From Chloroflexota bacterium (GTDB taxonomy: Bacteria; Chloroflexota; Dehalococcoidia; E44-bin15), in NCBI GenBank assembly GCA_030626475.1, contig DAOUOW010000001.1:108-64107 (forward strand): a DNA stretch of 64,000 nt, written 5' to 3'. How positions within the stretch are numbered: position 1 is the first letter of the stretch; every line of letters begins with the position of its first letter. Made by a program: the position numbers and the translations under genes. The notes under the pieces are model-generated. The model saw only the letters and a list, made by a program, of their open reading frames with translations. It was not told where the DNA came from and made no database searches. Below, in pieces: positions 20,001 through 28,921 of the stretch.

Positions 20001-20039
20001 ACCCTTCTCGTAGACCGCACCAAGGTGAGGAAAGGATAG
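17028..20039 (+). CDS. nuoH/nuoI: NuoH fused to a NuoI carrying an embedded GltD/NfnB-like Fe-S/FAD/NAD(P)H oxidoreductase module
   Basis: Residues 1 to about 330 are a complete NuoH (RRGPNRAGPFG...RVDQLMAFAWK). An extra hydrophobic helix and a basic linker follow. The NuoI N-terminus (MTVTFGHLFRPPITVQYPEQ) then leads into a GltD-like module with an Fe-S region (CVLACP...CGRVCTHPCETAC), two Rossmann motifs (IIGSGPGGLTAA, IIGGGNVAIDAA) and FACGDAVTG. The ORF ends in a canonical NuoI 2x[4Fe-4S] core (CSWCQQCEKACP...CIFCGLCIEACP). There is no stop codon anywhere in this frame; an in-frame ATG at 18162 could also give a separate 625-aa NuoI-GltD product. Confidence 0.8.
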   Translation: MNVLEQFHDWLMNYWPSWAAYLVPALVAFVVLSAFITLVVMAFIYIERRGIGRFQIRRGPNRAGPFGILQPVADAIKVLVKEDIIPAASDRWIHWLAPVIAFVPAMAIFAVIPFEGRAIFADLNIGILYIIAISSLGVIGVFMAGWGSNNKFSMISAMRSIAQMVSYEIPLVLSIAGVLIIAGSLSMTSIVEAQNVPFFLLQPLGFLIFFIAAAAELQRTPFDLLEAESEIVAGYHIEYSGMKFALFYLGEYTHAFAISAIVATLFLGGWHGVLLPGALWFMIKVFLVFGALIWVRSTLPRLRVDQLMAFAWKCLFPLAVINLFVTAIEVVIWPEFPWQLMILNILIAALLIVLWSGFFRVAGERVRFKRYGRGIGKGMTVTFGHLFRPPITVQYPEQRLTVSKRARGNRFIWDDSKRAPCVLACPARVDAQGYVTLISQGKFKEALELVRRNLPFPAVCGRVCTHPCETACNRGKIDEPIAIRDLKRFLADYEMRAEEEEITPAPRTKEERVAIIGSGPGGLTAARDLVNMGYGVTVFEALPIPGGMLAVGIPEYRLPKDILQKEIEAIQKLGVEIRLNSPVGKDGLTLEALYKQYEAILVAVGAHDSMRLNIPGEEFEGVYHGVSFLRDVSLGKEVKVGERVAIIGGGNVAIDAARTALRLGSKEVIIVYRRSRQEMPASEEEIEEAEHEGIKLNYLAAPVKVLGKQGKVVSLECIRMELGEPDDSGRRRPIPVEGSEFVLDIDMLIPAIGQTPDLAFLPGDHEFLITARGTFEADPASLATNIPGIFACGDAVTGPATAIEAVAAGSKAAIAIDIYLRGEEVVLEERLPLHEVVIEDMDTSDIVSKDRQPLPHLSLRERTPGFKEVNLGFTEEMAAEEANRCLNCGVCSWCQQCEKACPQGVIKIEWDRTQEEELGVKRFDIDLTACIFCGLCIEACPAHRLYFERGYETSTYCFGDIALDKEGLRPSPQKQPSAYARPELEPTLPQQTLLVDRTKVRKG

Positions 20040-20041
20040 CG

Positions 20042-20527
20042 TTGGAAGTAGCCTTCTGGATTCTGGCAGTAATTAGTGTAGCCTCAGCCCTGGCGGTGGT
20101 TTTCCTCCGCCATATCTTCCGTGCTGCCCTATTTCTGGTTCTGTGCTTCTTCGCCATAGCTGGAATCTACGCCACCCTTAATGCCGATTTTCTAGCCGCA
20201 GCCCAGGTGCTGATCTATGTCGGCGCAATAGCGGTACTTATCATCTTTGCCATCATGCTCACCAGAGAGACTCAGCAGGGAAGTCCTTCAGGCAGGTTTC
20301 GCCTTATCGCCTTTCTGGTGGGGGCTATGTTCCTGGTCACCATGATCCTGGTGGTGACCGGCACTGACTGGCAAGTGATCACCGAGGCTCCCACTGAGCC
20401 CACAACCTCATCCCTCGCTCAGGCACTTTTTAGCCGCGAGGAGGGCTTTGTCCTCCCCTTTGAAATAGTGGCAGCGCTTTTGCTGGCGGCGGTGATCGGA
20501 GCCATCGCCCTGGTTAGGGAGAAATAG
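20042..20527 (+). CDS. nuoJ: NADH-quinone oxidoreductase subunit J
   Basis: 161 aa with the NuoJ TM pattern. TTG start after AGGAAAGGA. Confidence 0.85.
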   Translation: MEVAFWILAVISVASALAVVFLRHIFRAALFLVLCFFAIAGIYATLNADFLAAAQVLIYVGAIAVLIIFAIMLTRETQQGSPSGRFRLIAFLVGAMFLVTMILVVTGTDWQVITEAPTEPTTSSLAQALFSREEGFVLPFEIVAALLLAAVIGAIALVREK

Positions 20528-20833
20528 ATGACTGTCGGACTTGAGCATTTTCTCATCCTTTCCGCAATCCTTTTCTCCATAGGTTTATATGGCGCTCTGG
20601 CGAAGCGGAATGCGGTGGTCATTCTGATGTCCATCGAAATCATGCTCAATGCAGTGAATATCGCCATGGTTGCCTTCTGGCGGTATGGCCATCTCATCAC
20701 CGGCCAGGTGTTTGCCATCTTCATTATGGTGGTGGCCGCCGCTGAGGCTGCTGTGGGCTTGGCAATAATAATTTCCATTTATCGCAGTCGGGAAACGGTG
20801 GATGTGGAGAAAATTGACCTGATGAAATGGTAG
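20528..20833 (+). CDS. nuoK: NADH-quinone oxidoreductase subunit K
   Basis: 101 aa, 3 TM helices, conserved Glu-containing helices. Confidence 0.9.
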   Translation: MTVGLEHFLILSAILFSIGLYGALAKRNAVVILMSIEIMLNAVNIAMVAFWRYGHLITGQVFAIFIMVVAAAEAAVGLAIIISIYRSRETVDVEKIDLMKW

Positions 20834-20851
20834 CATATTGAGGAAGGACTG

Positions 20852-22786
20852 ATGCCATCTGGTGTACCGTTAGCTATTTTCCTTCTCCCCTTCTTCTCGT
20901 TCATTGTTATCTCTTTTGTCATCAGGCCCTTCCTCAACAGCAAGCCGCAGCTCAGTGGGTACATCACCATTACCTCCATTGGCACCTCTCTAATTCTTTC
21001 CCTTTGGGTCCTGGCTGAGGTAAGCAGTGCTCCGGGGCACATGCTCTCCATGCCCGACTACGAGTGGCTGGTCATCGGCGATACCGTAATTCGGTTCGGG
21101 GTAACCGTAGATGCACTGGCTGCGATTATGCTCATCGTGGTCACCTCAGTCAGCTTGCTGGTTCAGGTCTACTCCCAGGGTTACATGCATGGCGACCCCG
21201 GCTATTCCCGCTACTTCGCCTTCATGTCGCTATTCACCGCCTTCATGCTGGGGCTGGTCTTGGCCGATAACCTCATCATACTCTATGTATTCTGGGAGGG
21301 GGTGGGACTCTGCTCCTATCTCCTTATCGGCTTCTGGTTCCACCGACCGGCGGCAGCAAGGGCGGCGACCAAGGCGTTTATCGTCACCCGCATTGGCGAT
21401 TTCGGCTTCTTGGCCGCCATCCTTTTCCTCTACTTCAAGACGGGCACTTTCGACATCGGGGAGCTCCACCACCTGGCCCTGGCGGGCGCCATTGGGGGCA
21501 CAGTCCTCACCTGGGCTGCAATCGGCGTCTTCTCCGGGGCAATAGGCAAGTCAGCGCAATTCCCGCTCCATACCTGGCTTCCCGATGCCATGGAGGGTCC
21601 GACCCCGGTGAGCGCCTTGATCCATGCAGCCACCATGGTGGCTGCCGGCATATATCTGGTGGCTCGCATGTTCCCTATATTTGCCTCCTCCCTTACAGCA
21701 GTAACCACAGTGGCGGCAATCGGAGGCTTTACCGCTATCTTCGCTGCCACCATGGGCCTGGTGATGAACGATATTAAGCGGGTACTGGCCTACTCCACCA
21801 TCAGCCAATTGGGCTACATGATGCTGGGTTTAGGAGTGGTAGGCATAGGCGTGGCCAACGATGCCATTTCCTTAGAGGTTGGTTTGGGGCTAGGTGTGGC
21901 AGTAGGCATTTTCCATCTGTTCAATCACGCCTTCTTCAAGTCGCTCCTCTTCCTGGGCGCAGGGAGTGTTAATCATGCCACCGGCACCTTTGACATTCGG
22001 GAGATGGGCGGACTGAGAAAGGTGATGCCCTGGACTTATGCCACCTTCCTCATCGCTTCCCTCAGCATCGTCGGTATCTGGCCTCTGGCCGGGTTCTGGA
22101 GCAAAGAGGGCATCCTGGACCATGCCTGGGACCATCAAACCGCATTATTCTTCCTGGCTATGATCACGGTCTTCATGACCGCCTTCTACATGTTCCGCCT
22201 AGTCTTCCTCACCTTTGCTGGAGAGTATCGCGGTGGCAATGCTGGCCACGGTGGGGCAAGCGCCCACGCTCCCTCACTTCGGGAGTCACCCCTGATGATG
22301 GTGGCGCCCATGGGCTTATTGGCCATCCTCGCCGTGATCTCGGGGTGGCTGCCGGTAAGCAGCTTCTTAGGCGGGAAATCGGAGAGCTTCTTCGGTGCCC
22401 TTGCCCACCCTATGGCCTGGGTCTCCATGGTATTGGCTGGTTTGGGCATCCTTCTTGCCTACGCCCTGTATAGCGCAAGATGGCTTTCTGTGGAATCATT
22501 GCGGCGGCGCTTTGCCCCTCTTCATACGCTCTTTTCCCGGAAGTACTGGTTCGATGAGCTCTACGAGAGGGTGATCGTGGTCAGGGTTCTGGTGGACGGG
22601 ATTTTCGCTCTCCTTAACTGGTTTGATACCCGCATTGTCGATGGCGTGGTGAACGGCGTGGCTGGTGGCACCATAGCGGCGGGTAGAGTGATAAGAAGAC
22701 TGGAGACAGGACAATTGCAGGTCTATGGGATTGCCATCTTTATCGGCGTCTTGGCTATTGTCGCCTGTTTCTTAATCTTTGGTTAG
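20852..22786 (+). CDS. nuoL: NADH-quinone oxidoreductase subunit L
   Basis: 644-aa antiporter-like subunit with a C-terminal long-helix region. Confidence 0.9.
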   Translation: MPSGVPLAIFLLPFFSFIVISFVIRPFLNSKPQLSGYITITSIGTSLILSLWVLAEVSSAPGHMLSMPDYEWLVIGDTVIRFGVTVDALAAIMLIVVTSVSLLVQVYSQGYMHGDPGYSRYFAFMSLFTAFMLGLVLADNLIILYVFWEGVGLCSYLLIGFWFHRPAAARAATKAFIVTRIGDFGFLAAILFLYFKTGTFDIGELHHLALAGAIGGTVLTWAAIGVFSGAIGKSAQFPLHTWLPDAMEGPTPVSALIHAATMVAAGIYLVARMFPIFASSLTAVTTVAAIGGFTAIFAATMGLVMNDIKRVLAYSTISQLGYMMLGLGVVGIGVANDAISLEVGLGLGVAVGIFHLFNHAFFKSLLFLGAGSVNHATGTFDIREMGGLRKVMPWTYATFLIASLSIVGIWPLAGFWSKEGILDHAWDHQTALFFLAMITVFMTAFYMFRLVFLTFAGEYRGGNAGHGGASAHAPSLRESPLMMVAPMGLLAILAVISGWLPVSSFLGGKSESFFGALAHPMAWVSMVLAGLGILLAYALYSARWLSVESLRRRFAPLHTLFSRKYWFDELYERVIVVRVLVDGIFALLNWFDTRIVDGVVNGVAGGTIAAGRVIRRLETGQLQVYGIAIFIGVLAIVACFLIFG

Positions 22787-22808
22787 AAAATAATAGGAGA
22801 GAAGGCTT

Positions 22809-24293
22809 TTGGACTTTCCTTATCTCTCAATAATCGTCTTTCTCCCCATAATCGGGGCTATTCTCATTGCCCTTCTGCCTCACGCTGATCCGAGGCGGAT
22901 AAAGCTCACTGCGGCCTTTTTCACCCTGGTCACTTTTGCCCTGTCTTTGTCTTTGTTCTTCATGTTTGACCAGTCACTGGAAGGCGCCCAGTTCGTGGAA
23001 AGGGCATCGTGGATTCCCCCCCTCGACGCTCAATACTTCCTCGGCATCGATGGGCTGAGCCTGCCGATGCTTATTCTGGCCACATTCCTGGGCTTCATCG
23101 CTGTCCTCGTCTCATGGAAGATTGACCTCAGGGTTCGGGAATACTTTGCCTGGCTCCTGGTGCTTGAAACCGGTGTCCTGGGTGTCTTTTGCTCCCTGGA
23201 CCTGCTGCTCTTCTTCCTCTTCTGGGAAGTGGAGATCCTGCCCATGTATCTCTTGATCTCCATCTGGGGCACGGGGAGGAAAGAGTATTCAGCAATGAAA
23301 TTCGTTATTTTTACCCTTGCCGGCAGTGCCATGATGCTGGCTGGAATTCTGCTCCTCTATTTCCATGGCGGCACCTTCGACATGATGGAGCTGGCCGGGA
23401 TGGGGCTTGAGGGAGCCATAAGCACCCTGCTGGCCACAGCGATCTTCTTCCTCCTCTTCATCGGCTATGCGGTTAAGCTGCCTGTTTTCCCCTTTCACAC
23501 CTGGCTGCCGGATGCCCATACCGACGCTCCCACGGCGGTAAGCGTCATCCTCGCCGGGATACTGCTCAAGATGGGTGGCTACGCCATTATTCGCGTCTGC
23601 GTCAGCATATTCCCCGGCGTATCGCAAGACTATGCTGTGCTTCTCGTGGCTTTAGCTTTGGTCAATATTCTTTATGGGGCGGCAGTAACCTTTAGACAGC
23701 GGGACCTGAAACGGCTGATTGCATATAGCAGCATCAGCCATATGGGCTATGTGCTCTTGGGCATCTTTGCCCTGAGCCAGGTGAGCATGACCGGTGCCAC
23801 CCTCCAGATGTTCAGCCATGGCCTGATTACCGGGCTTCTCTTCGCCCTTGTCGGGCTGGTCTACAACAAGACGCATGTCAGGGATATCACCCAGCTTGGC
23901 GGTCTTGCCCGCCGCATGCCAATCATTGCTGTCGTCTTCAGTGTCGCCGGGCTTGCTGCCCTTGGGCTTCCCGGCACCAGCGGCTTCGCTGCTGAGTTTC
24001 TGGTATTCCTCGGCAGCTTCAAGAGCACATTGGTTGATGGCATCCAGACCTATGCCATCCTTGGCATCGTGGGCATCGTGCTCACCGCAGGATATATCCT
24101 TTGGCTATTGCAACGAGTTTTCTATGGCCCAGCCAAGGCCCAGTATGATGGGGTGCCCGATGCCGATAGGCTTGAGCGGTTTACCATCTTCTCCATGGTG
24201 GCGGTGATCATGCTCATCGGCATCTATCCCGCAGTGCTAACCGATATCATCAAGACGGGGGTGTCGCCAATAATGGCCTCTTTGGGCCTGTGA
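22809..24293 (+). CDS. nuoM: NADH-quinone oxidoreductase subunit M
   Basis: 494-aa antiporter-like subunit with a WLPDAH motif. Confidence 0.9.
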   Translation: MDFPYLSIIVFLPIIGAILIALLPHADPRRIKLTAAFFTLVTFALSLSLFFMFDQSLEGAQFVERASWIPPLDAQYFLGIDGLSLPMLILATFLGFIAVLVSWKIDLRVREYFAWLLVLETGVLGVFCSLDLLLFFLFWEVEILPMYLLISIWGTGRKEYSAMKFVIFTLAGSAMMLAGILLLYFHGGTFDMMELAGMGLEGAISTLLATAIFFLLFIGYAVKLPVFPFHTWLPDAHTDAPTAVSVILAGILLKMGGYAIIRVCVSIFPGVSQDYAVLLVALALVNILYGAAVTFRQRDLKRLIAYSSISHMGYVLLGIFALSQVSMTGATLQMFSHGLITGLLFALVGLVYNKTHVRDITQLGGLARRMPIIAVVFSVAGLAALGLPGTSGFAAEFLVFLGSFKSTLVDGIQTYAILGIVGIVLTAGYILWLLQRVFYGPAKAQYDGVPDADRLERFTIFSMVAVIMLIGIYPAVLTDIIKTGVSPIMASLGL

Positions 24294-24348
24294 CAAGGTG
24301 TCTTATGCAGGAAAACGATTTATGGGCTAATTATCGAGAGGTCTTGAA

Positions 24349-25764
24349 TTGAACGTTTATCTGCTATCGCCTGCGATGAGCCTCTGTGGCCTGGCCATAG
24401 TGGTGATCCTGCTCGACCTCGTCCTCAAGCGGAAGTGGATCCTGGGAGCAGTGAGTGTCGCTGGACTCATTGTCCCCGCCGCCTTTACCCTTGCCCTGTG
24501 GGGAAGAGAGGAGACCTCCTTTAATGGAATGCTGGCGGTGGACGAGTTCTCCCTGTTCTTCAACCTCTTTTTCCTGGTGTGCGCGGCATTGGTCATCCTC
24601 TCCTCTATGGATTATGTATCCAAATTCAAGGCGTTTCAGGGAGAGTACTATGCCCTTGTTCTCCTCGCTGCTACGGGGATGATGCTTATGGCATCCACCA
24701 GGGAGTTGATCTCGGTCTATGTTGCCTTGGAGTTAACCGCCATTTCCCTTTATGCCTTGACTGGCTTTTTGAAGGACCCCAAGTCCAGCGAAGCGGGGAT
24801 AAAATATCTCCTCCTCGGGGCGGTGGCCAGCGCCGTTTTGCTCTACGGCATGGCCATGGTTTTCGGACTCAGCGGCAGCACCCATTTTAAGGATATCGCT
24901 GCGGCAATCCCGGGAGGGGTGTTGGATAATCCAGCACTGCTCATGGGAATGGTGTTATTGGTGGCTGGCTTTGGCTTTAAGATTGCTACCGTCCCCTTCC
25001 AGATGTGGGTCCCCGATGTCTACGAAGGAGCGCCGACGCCGATAACCGCCTATCTCTCCGTTGCCAGCAAGGCTGCCGGGTTTGCCGTAATCCTCAGGGT
25101 TTTCTATGAGGCCCTGGGGCCGGTGAGCCTGGACTGGGGGATAATGTTTGGTGTCCTAGCCGCCATTACCATGACCCTGGGCAACGTGGTGGCTATCGCC
25201 CAGACGAACATAAAGCGTATGCTGGGGTATTCCAGCATCGCCCAGGCGGGCTACCTGATGATAGGACTGGCTGCCGTCAGCGCCCTCGGTCGCAGCGGCC
25301 TGGTCTTCTTCCTCATTGCCTATGCTCTTACCAATCTGGGAGCATTTATCGCCATCATCGCCATCTCCAACAAGACCAATAGCGACCTCATCAGCGACTA
25401 CTCAGGAATGGCAAAGCGGGCCCCGCTTCTGGCATTAGCCCTTGGCCTGTGCCTCATCTCCCTTATCGGCATCCCGCCCACGGCTGGGTTCATGGCCAAA
25501 ATATACATCTTCAATGCCGCGGTAGACCACGACCTGATGTGGCTGGTGATCGTGGCTGTAATTAATACCGCCATTTCCGCCTACTACTATCTAAGGGTGG
25601 TCAGGGTAATGTTTCTTGGCGCCCCCACATCAGAGGAGGCGATTCCCTCCTCAGGGGCGCTTCGTACCGCCCTCTCTGTTGCCTGCCTTGGTGTCCTCTT
25701 GCTCGGTGTTTACCCCTGGGCACTGCTGAAAATTGCTGAAACCGCTGTTAACGTGTTTCCTTGA
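24349..25764 (+). CDS. nuoN: NADH-quinone oxidoreductase subunit N
   Basis: 471-aa antiporter-like subunit with MWVPDVYEGAPTP. Confidence 0.9.
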   Translation: MNVYLLSPAMSLCGLAIVVILLDLVLKRKWILGAVSVAGLIVPAAFTLALWGREETSFNGMLAVDEFSLFFNLFFLVCAALVILSSMDYVSKFKAFQGEYYALVLLAATGMMLMASTRELISVYVALELTAISLYALTGFLKDPKSSEAGIKYLLLGAVASAVLLYGMAMVFGLSGSTHFKDIAAAIPGGVLDNPALLMGMVLLVAGFGFKIATVPFQMWVPDVYEGAPTPITAYLSVASKAAGFAVILRVFYEALGPVSLDWGIMFGVLAAITMTLGNVVAIAQTNIKRMLGYSSIAQAGYLMIGLAAVSALGRSGLVFFLIAYALTNLGAFIAIIAISNKTNSDLISDYSGMAKRAPLLALALGLCLISLIGIPPTAGFMAKIYIFNAAVDHDLMWLVIVAVINTAISAYYYLRVVRVMFLGAPTSEEAIPSSGALRTALSVACLGVLLLGVYPWALLKIAETAVNVFP

Positions 25765-25853
25765 CAGCCTTAAATGGTGGTGATAGACTTCGCAATGCAC
25801 GCTATAGCTCTCGCACTTGTTGATTTATTGGCCCAAAACCCGGTGATAACAGC

Positions 25854-26669
25854 TTGAAAAAGGTTGGAATTCTCTACCATCCCAAGATCGCCGCTGCTGG
25901 TGCCCTGGCAGAGGAGTTAGCGAGCTTTCTGCCTTCCCTTAAGACCTCAGTTTGGCTCTGCTCCGCCTGGGAGGAGGAGAAGGTCAAGACACAGGTAGAA
26001 GGTACAGAACTGATCCTCAGCGTTGGCGGCGATGGCACCATCCTCAGGGCTGCCCGCGCCGTTGTCCCCCGGGCTATTCCCATCGTTGGCATAAATCTGG
26101 GTAGGCTCGGATTTATGACTGAGCTCAGCGCCGATGAGGCGCAGGAAAAGATTCCCGCTTTTTTGGCCGGAGAAGGCTGGATCGATGAACGGGCTATGCT
26201 CCAGGCCGAGCTAGAGGGCAAAGCTCCCCTCCATGCCTTGAATGACGTGGTTGTAGGGCGGGGAGCCATATCCCGGGTGGTGTGGGTGGATGTCACTATC
26301 GATGGTGCCCCTCTAACCACTTATAAGGCCGATGGGGTTATCGTGGCCACTGCCACAGGGAGCACGGGCTACTCTCTGGCTGCTGCTGGCCCCATTCTCT
26401 ACCCCTCTTCCAGGGATATATTGCTCAACCCTGTTTCTCCTCACCCTATCTATGCCAACCCGACCTTGGTTCCACCAACGGCCACCGTGGAACTGAAAGT
26501 GCATACTGACTATCAGGCGATGCTCAGCATCGATGGCCAGATAGATATCGAGCTGAAGAGCGGGGACAGCATCCTGGTCAGGCTTAGCCCTCATGTTACC
26601 CGTTTTCTCAGGGCCCAGCCGCCCACTTTTTTCTATAGTAGTTTGATGGAGAGATTGCTACAGAGGTGA
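25854..26669 (+). CDS. nadK: NAD+ kinase
   Basis: GGDGTIL and NDVVVGRG motifs. TTG start. Confidence 0.85.
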   Translation: MKKVGILYHPKIAAAGALAEELASFLPSLKTSVWLCSAWEEEKVKTQVEGTELILSVGGDGTILRAARAVVPRAIPIVGINLGRLGFMTELSADEAQEKIPAFLAGEGWIDERAMLQAELEGKAPLHALNDVVVGRGAISRVVWVDVTIDGAPLTTYKADGVIVATATGSTGYSLAAAGPILYPSSRDILLNPVSPHPIYANPTLVPPTATVELKVHTDYQAMLSIDGQIDIELKSGDSILVRLSPHVTRFLRAQPPTFFYSSLMERLLQR

Positions 26670-26673
26670 TGAA

Positions 26674-27147
26674 ATGAAGGTGGAAAAGGCGCGCATCGAC
26701 GACATACCTCAAATTCATCGGCTGGTCAATCACTTTGCCGATAAGGGGGAGATGTTGCCCCGCGCCATAAGCGAGCTCTATGAGAACATCAGGGACCTAT
26801 TTGTGGTCAAAGATGGCGACCAGCTAATTGCCTGTGCTGCGTTCCATATATTCTGGTCCGATCTGGCCGAGATCAGGTCCGTCGCCGTTGTCGAGGAGAA
26901 GCAGGAGCAGGGGGCTGGTGCCTTGCTCATTCAGGCCTGCCTTGAGGAGGCGAGAGACCTGGGCCTTGAGACTGTCTTTTGCCTTACCTATAAGCCAGAT
27001 TTCTTCGAGCGCTTTGGTTTTCATCGAGTGGACGTTATGAACCTGCCGCGCAAGGTCTGGGGGGAGTGCCAGCGCTGCCCCAAGTTCCCCAACTGCGATG
27101 AGATCGCTCTGGTCTATAAGCTGGAGCACCCCAGGAGCAGCCCTTAA
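26674..27147 (+). CDS. GNAT family N-acetyltransferase (ArgA-like acetyl-CoA domain)
   Basis: 157 aa with a GNAT fold pattern (RSVAVVEEKQEQGAGALL). Confidence 0.65.
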   Translation: MKVEKARIDDIPQIHRLVNHFADKGEMLPRAISELYENIRDLFVVKDGDQLIACAAFHIFWSDLAEIRSVAVVEEKQEQGAGALLIQACLEEARDLGLETVFCLTYKPDFFERFGFHRVDVMNLPRKVWGECQRCPKFPNCDEIALVYKLEHPRSSP

Positions 27148-27689
27148 TGAAGGAGCGAACCCTGGAGAGCGAGCGAATCTATGAAGGACGTGAGGTCTCC
27201 CTTAGAGTGGATACCGTTGAGTTGCCGTCCGGCAGGAGGACGACGCGAGAGGTGGTGGAGCACGTTGATTGTGTCGCCGTTGTCGCCCTGGATTCTGAGG
27301 ATAATGTTATCCTGGTGCGCCAGTTTCGCCACCCTGCGGCGAGGGTGCTTCTGGAGATTCCAGCAGGGGGGATTGAGCCCGGTGAGAAGCCCTCAGATAG
27401 CGCAATCCGAGAGCTGGAGGAGGAGACCGGCTACCATGCCCGTAAGCTGGAGCATCTTGGCGGGTTCTACAGTAGCCCCGGCTTCTGCACCGAATATTTG
27501 CATCTCTTCCTCGCCACCGAGCTTGGCCAGGCTAAACCCCTTGCTCACCAGGACGAGATTATCGAGGTGGTGCGCCTCCCCTTAAGGGAGATGCCAAATC
27601 TTATAGCATCGGGCGAGATCTGTGATGCCAAGAGCATCGCTGGTCTTCTCAGTGTTCTAATCCGAGACTTAAGTTATAAAGGGGTATAG
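27147..27689 (+). CDS. NUDIX hydrolase (ADP-ribose pyrophosphatase-like)
   Basis: Nudix box GGIEPGEKPSDSAIRELEEETGY. Confidence 0.8.
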   Translation: MKERTLESERIYEGREVSLRVDTVELPSGRRTTREVVEHVDCVAVVALDSEDNVILVRQFRHPAARVLLEIPAGGIEPGEKPSDSAIRELEEETGYHARKLEHLGGFYSSPGFCTEYLHLFLATELGQAKPLAHQDEIIEVVRLPLREMPNLIASGEICDAKSIAGLLSVLIRDLSYKGV

Positions 27690-27700
27690 AAGGGAAAAGA

Positions 27701-28921
27701 GTGAGGATATGCCTCTTATGCAATAGAGGTAACATGTACTGCGGAGGGCAGGGAGTTTACCTCTATTATTTGTCCCGCGAGTTGCAGCGGCTGGGTCATG
27801 AGGTCGATGTGGTTGTCGGCCCCCCTTATCCTGATATTGCCCCCGGGGTAGAGGAACATAGAGTTGAAAACTTGAACTTCTTTGAGAATCGATTCCCCAA
27901 AAAGACACCGTTCAGGGTCTTCACCCCCCTTAACCTCTACGAGCTGGCAGTGACCCGGGTGGGGATGTTCCCCGAGATGTTCGCCTTCAGCATGAGAGCC
28001 TACGAGAAGGTGCGCCAACTCCTTTGCCAACGTCGATTCGACATCATCCACGACAATCAGACCCTGGGCTATGGGATACTGCTGATGAAGGCGTTCAAGA
28101 TTCCCATCGTCGCCACGGTGCACCATCCCCTGCCTATCGATAGGAAGACCGACCTTGCCTATCTGGAGAGTGTAAAGGATAGATTGTGGCGCATAATGTT
28201 CTACCCGTTCCTGATGCAGCATGTGGTGACGAAGAGGATGGATCGGGTGATCACTGTCTCGGCGAGTGCCGCCGAGGAAACAAAGAATGTATTTAAGGTG
28301 CCCACCCAAAAGATGAGGGTGATTTACAATGGCATTGATACCACCATCTTCAGGAAACTGGATGGCGAGGGCAAGCAGCACGGGCACCTCATTATGGTGG
28401 GCAATACCCAGGACCGCAAGAAGGGGCTCGTCTATCTGCTTGAGGCCCTCCGCTTGCTCCAGAGGAAGAATGATGTCAAATTGACCATTGTCGATCGGGG
28501 ACTGCCCGATAATGAGTATGCCCCCCAATTGGTGAACAGATATAGCCTTGATGGGAGGGTCAATTTTACCGGCAAAGTAGGCCTGGAGGAACTGGTTAAG
28601 CATTATGCCCGGGCGGAGGTGGCAGTGGTTCCCTCCCTCTATGAGGGCTTTGGTCTCCCCGCTGCCGAGGCCATGGCCTGCGGCCTGCCCGTGATCGCTA
28701 CCAGTGCCGGGGCATTGCCTGAGGTAGTGGAGGATGGCAAAAGCGGCATCCTGGTGCCGCCCCAGGATGCTCATGCCTTAGCTAAGGCGATTGAGCAACT
28801 GCTCAGTGACGAGCAGTTGCGGCGGGTGATGGGGGAGGAGGGGAGGAAAAGAGTGCAAACGCATTTTACCTGGGAGCAGGCAGCGAAGAAAACGCTTGAG
28901 GTATACCAGGAGGTCTTGTAA
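27701..28921 (+). CDS. Glycosyltransferase family 4 (GT-B, group 1), paralog A
   Basis: C-terminal GT1 motif (EGFGLPAAEAMACGLPVIAT) and an N-terminal CGGQGVY region. Confidence 0.75.
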   Translation: MRICLLCNRGNMYCGGQGVYLYYLSRELQRLGHEVDVVVGPPYPDIAPGVEEHRVENLNFFENRFPKKTPFRVFTPLNLYELAVTRVGMFPEMFAFSMRAYEKVRQLLCQRRFDIIHDNQTLGYGILLMKAFKIPIVATVHHPLPIDRKTDLAYLESVKDRLWRIMFYPFLMQHVVTKRMDRVITVSASAAEETKNVFKVPTQKMRVIYNGIDTTIFRKLDGEGKQHGHLIMVGNTQDRKKGLVYLLEALRLLQRKNDVKLTIVDRGLPDNEYAPQLVNRYSLDGRVNFTGKVGLEELVKHYARAEVAVVPSLYEGFGLPAAEAMACGLPVIATSAGALPEVVEDGKSGILVPPQDAHALAKAIEQLLSDEQLRRVMGEEGRKRVQTHFTWEQAAKKTLEVYQEVL

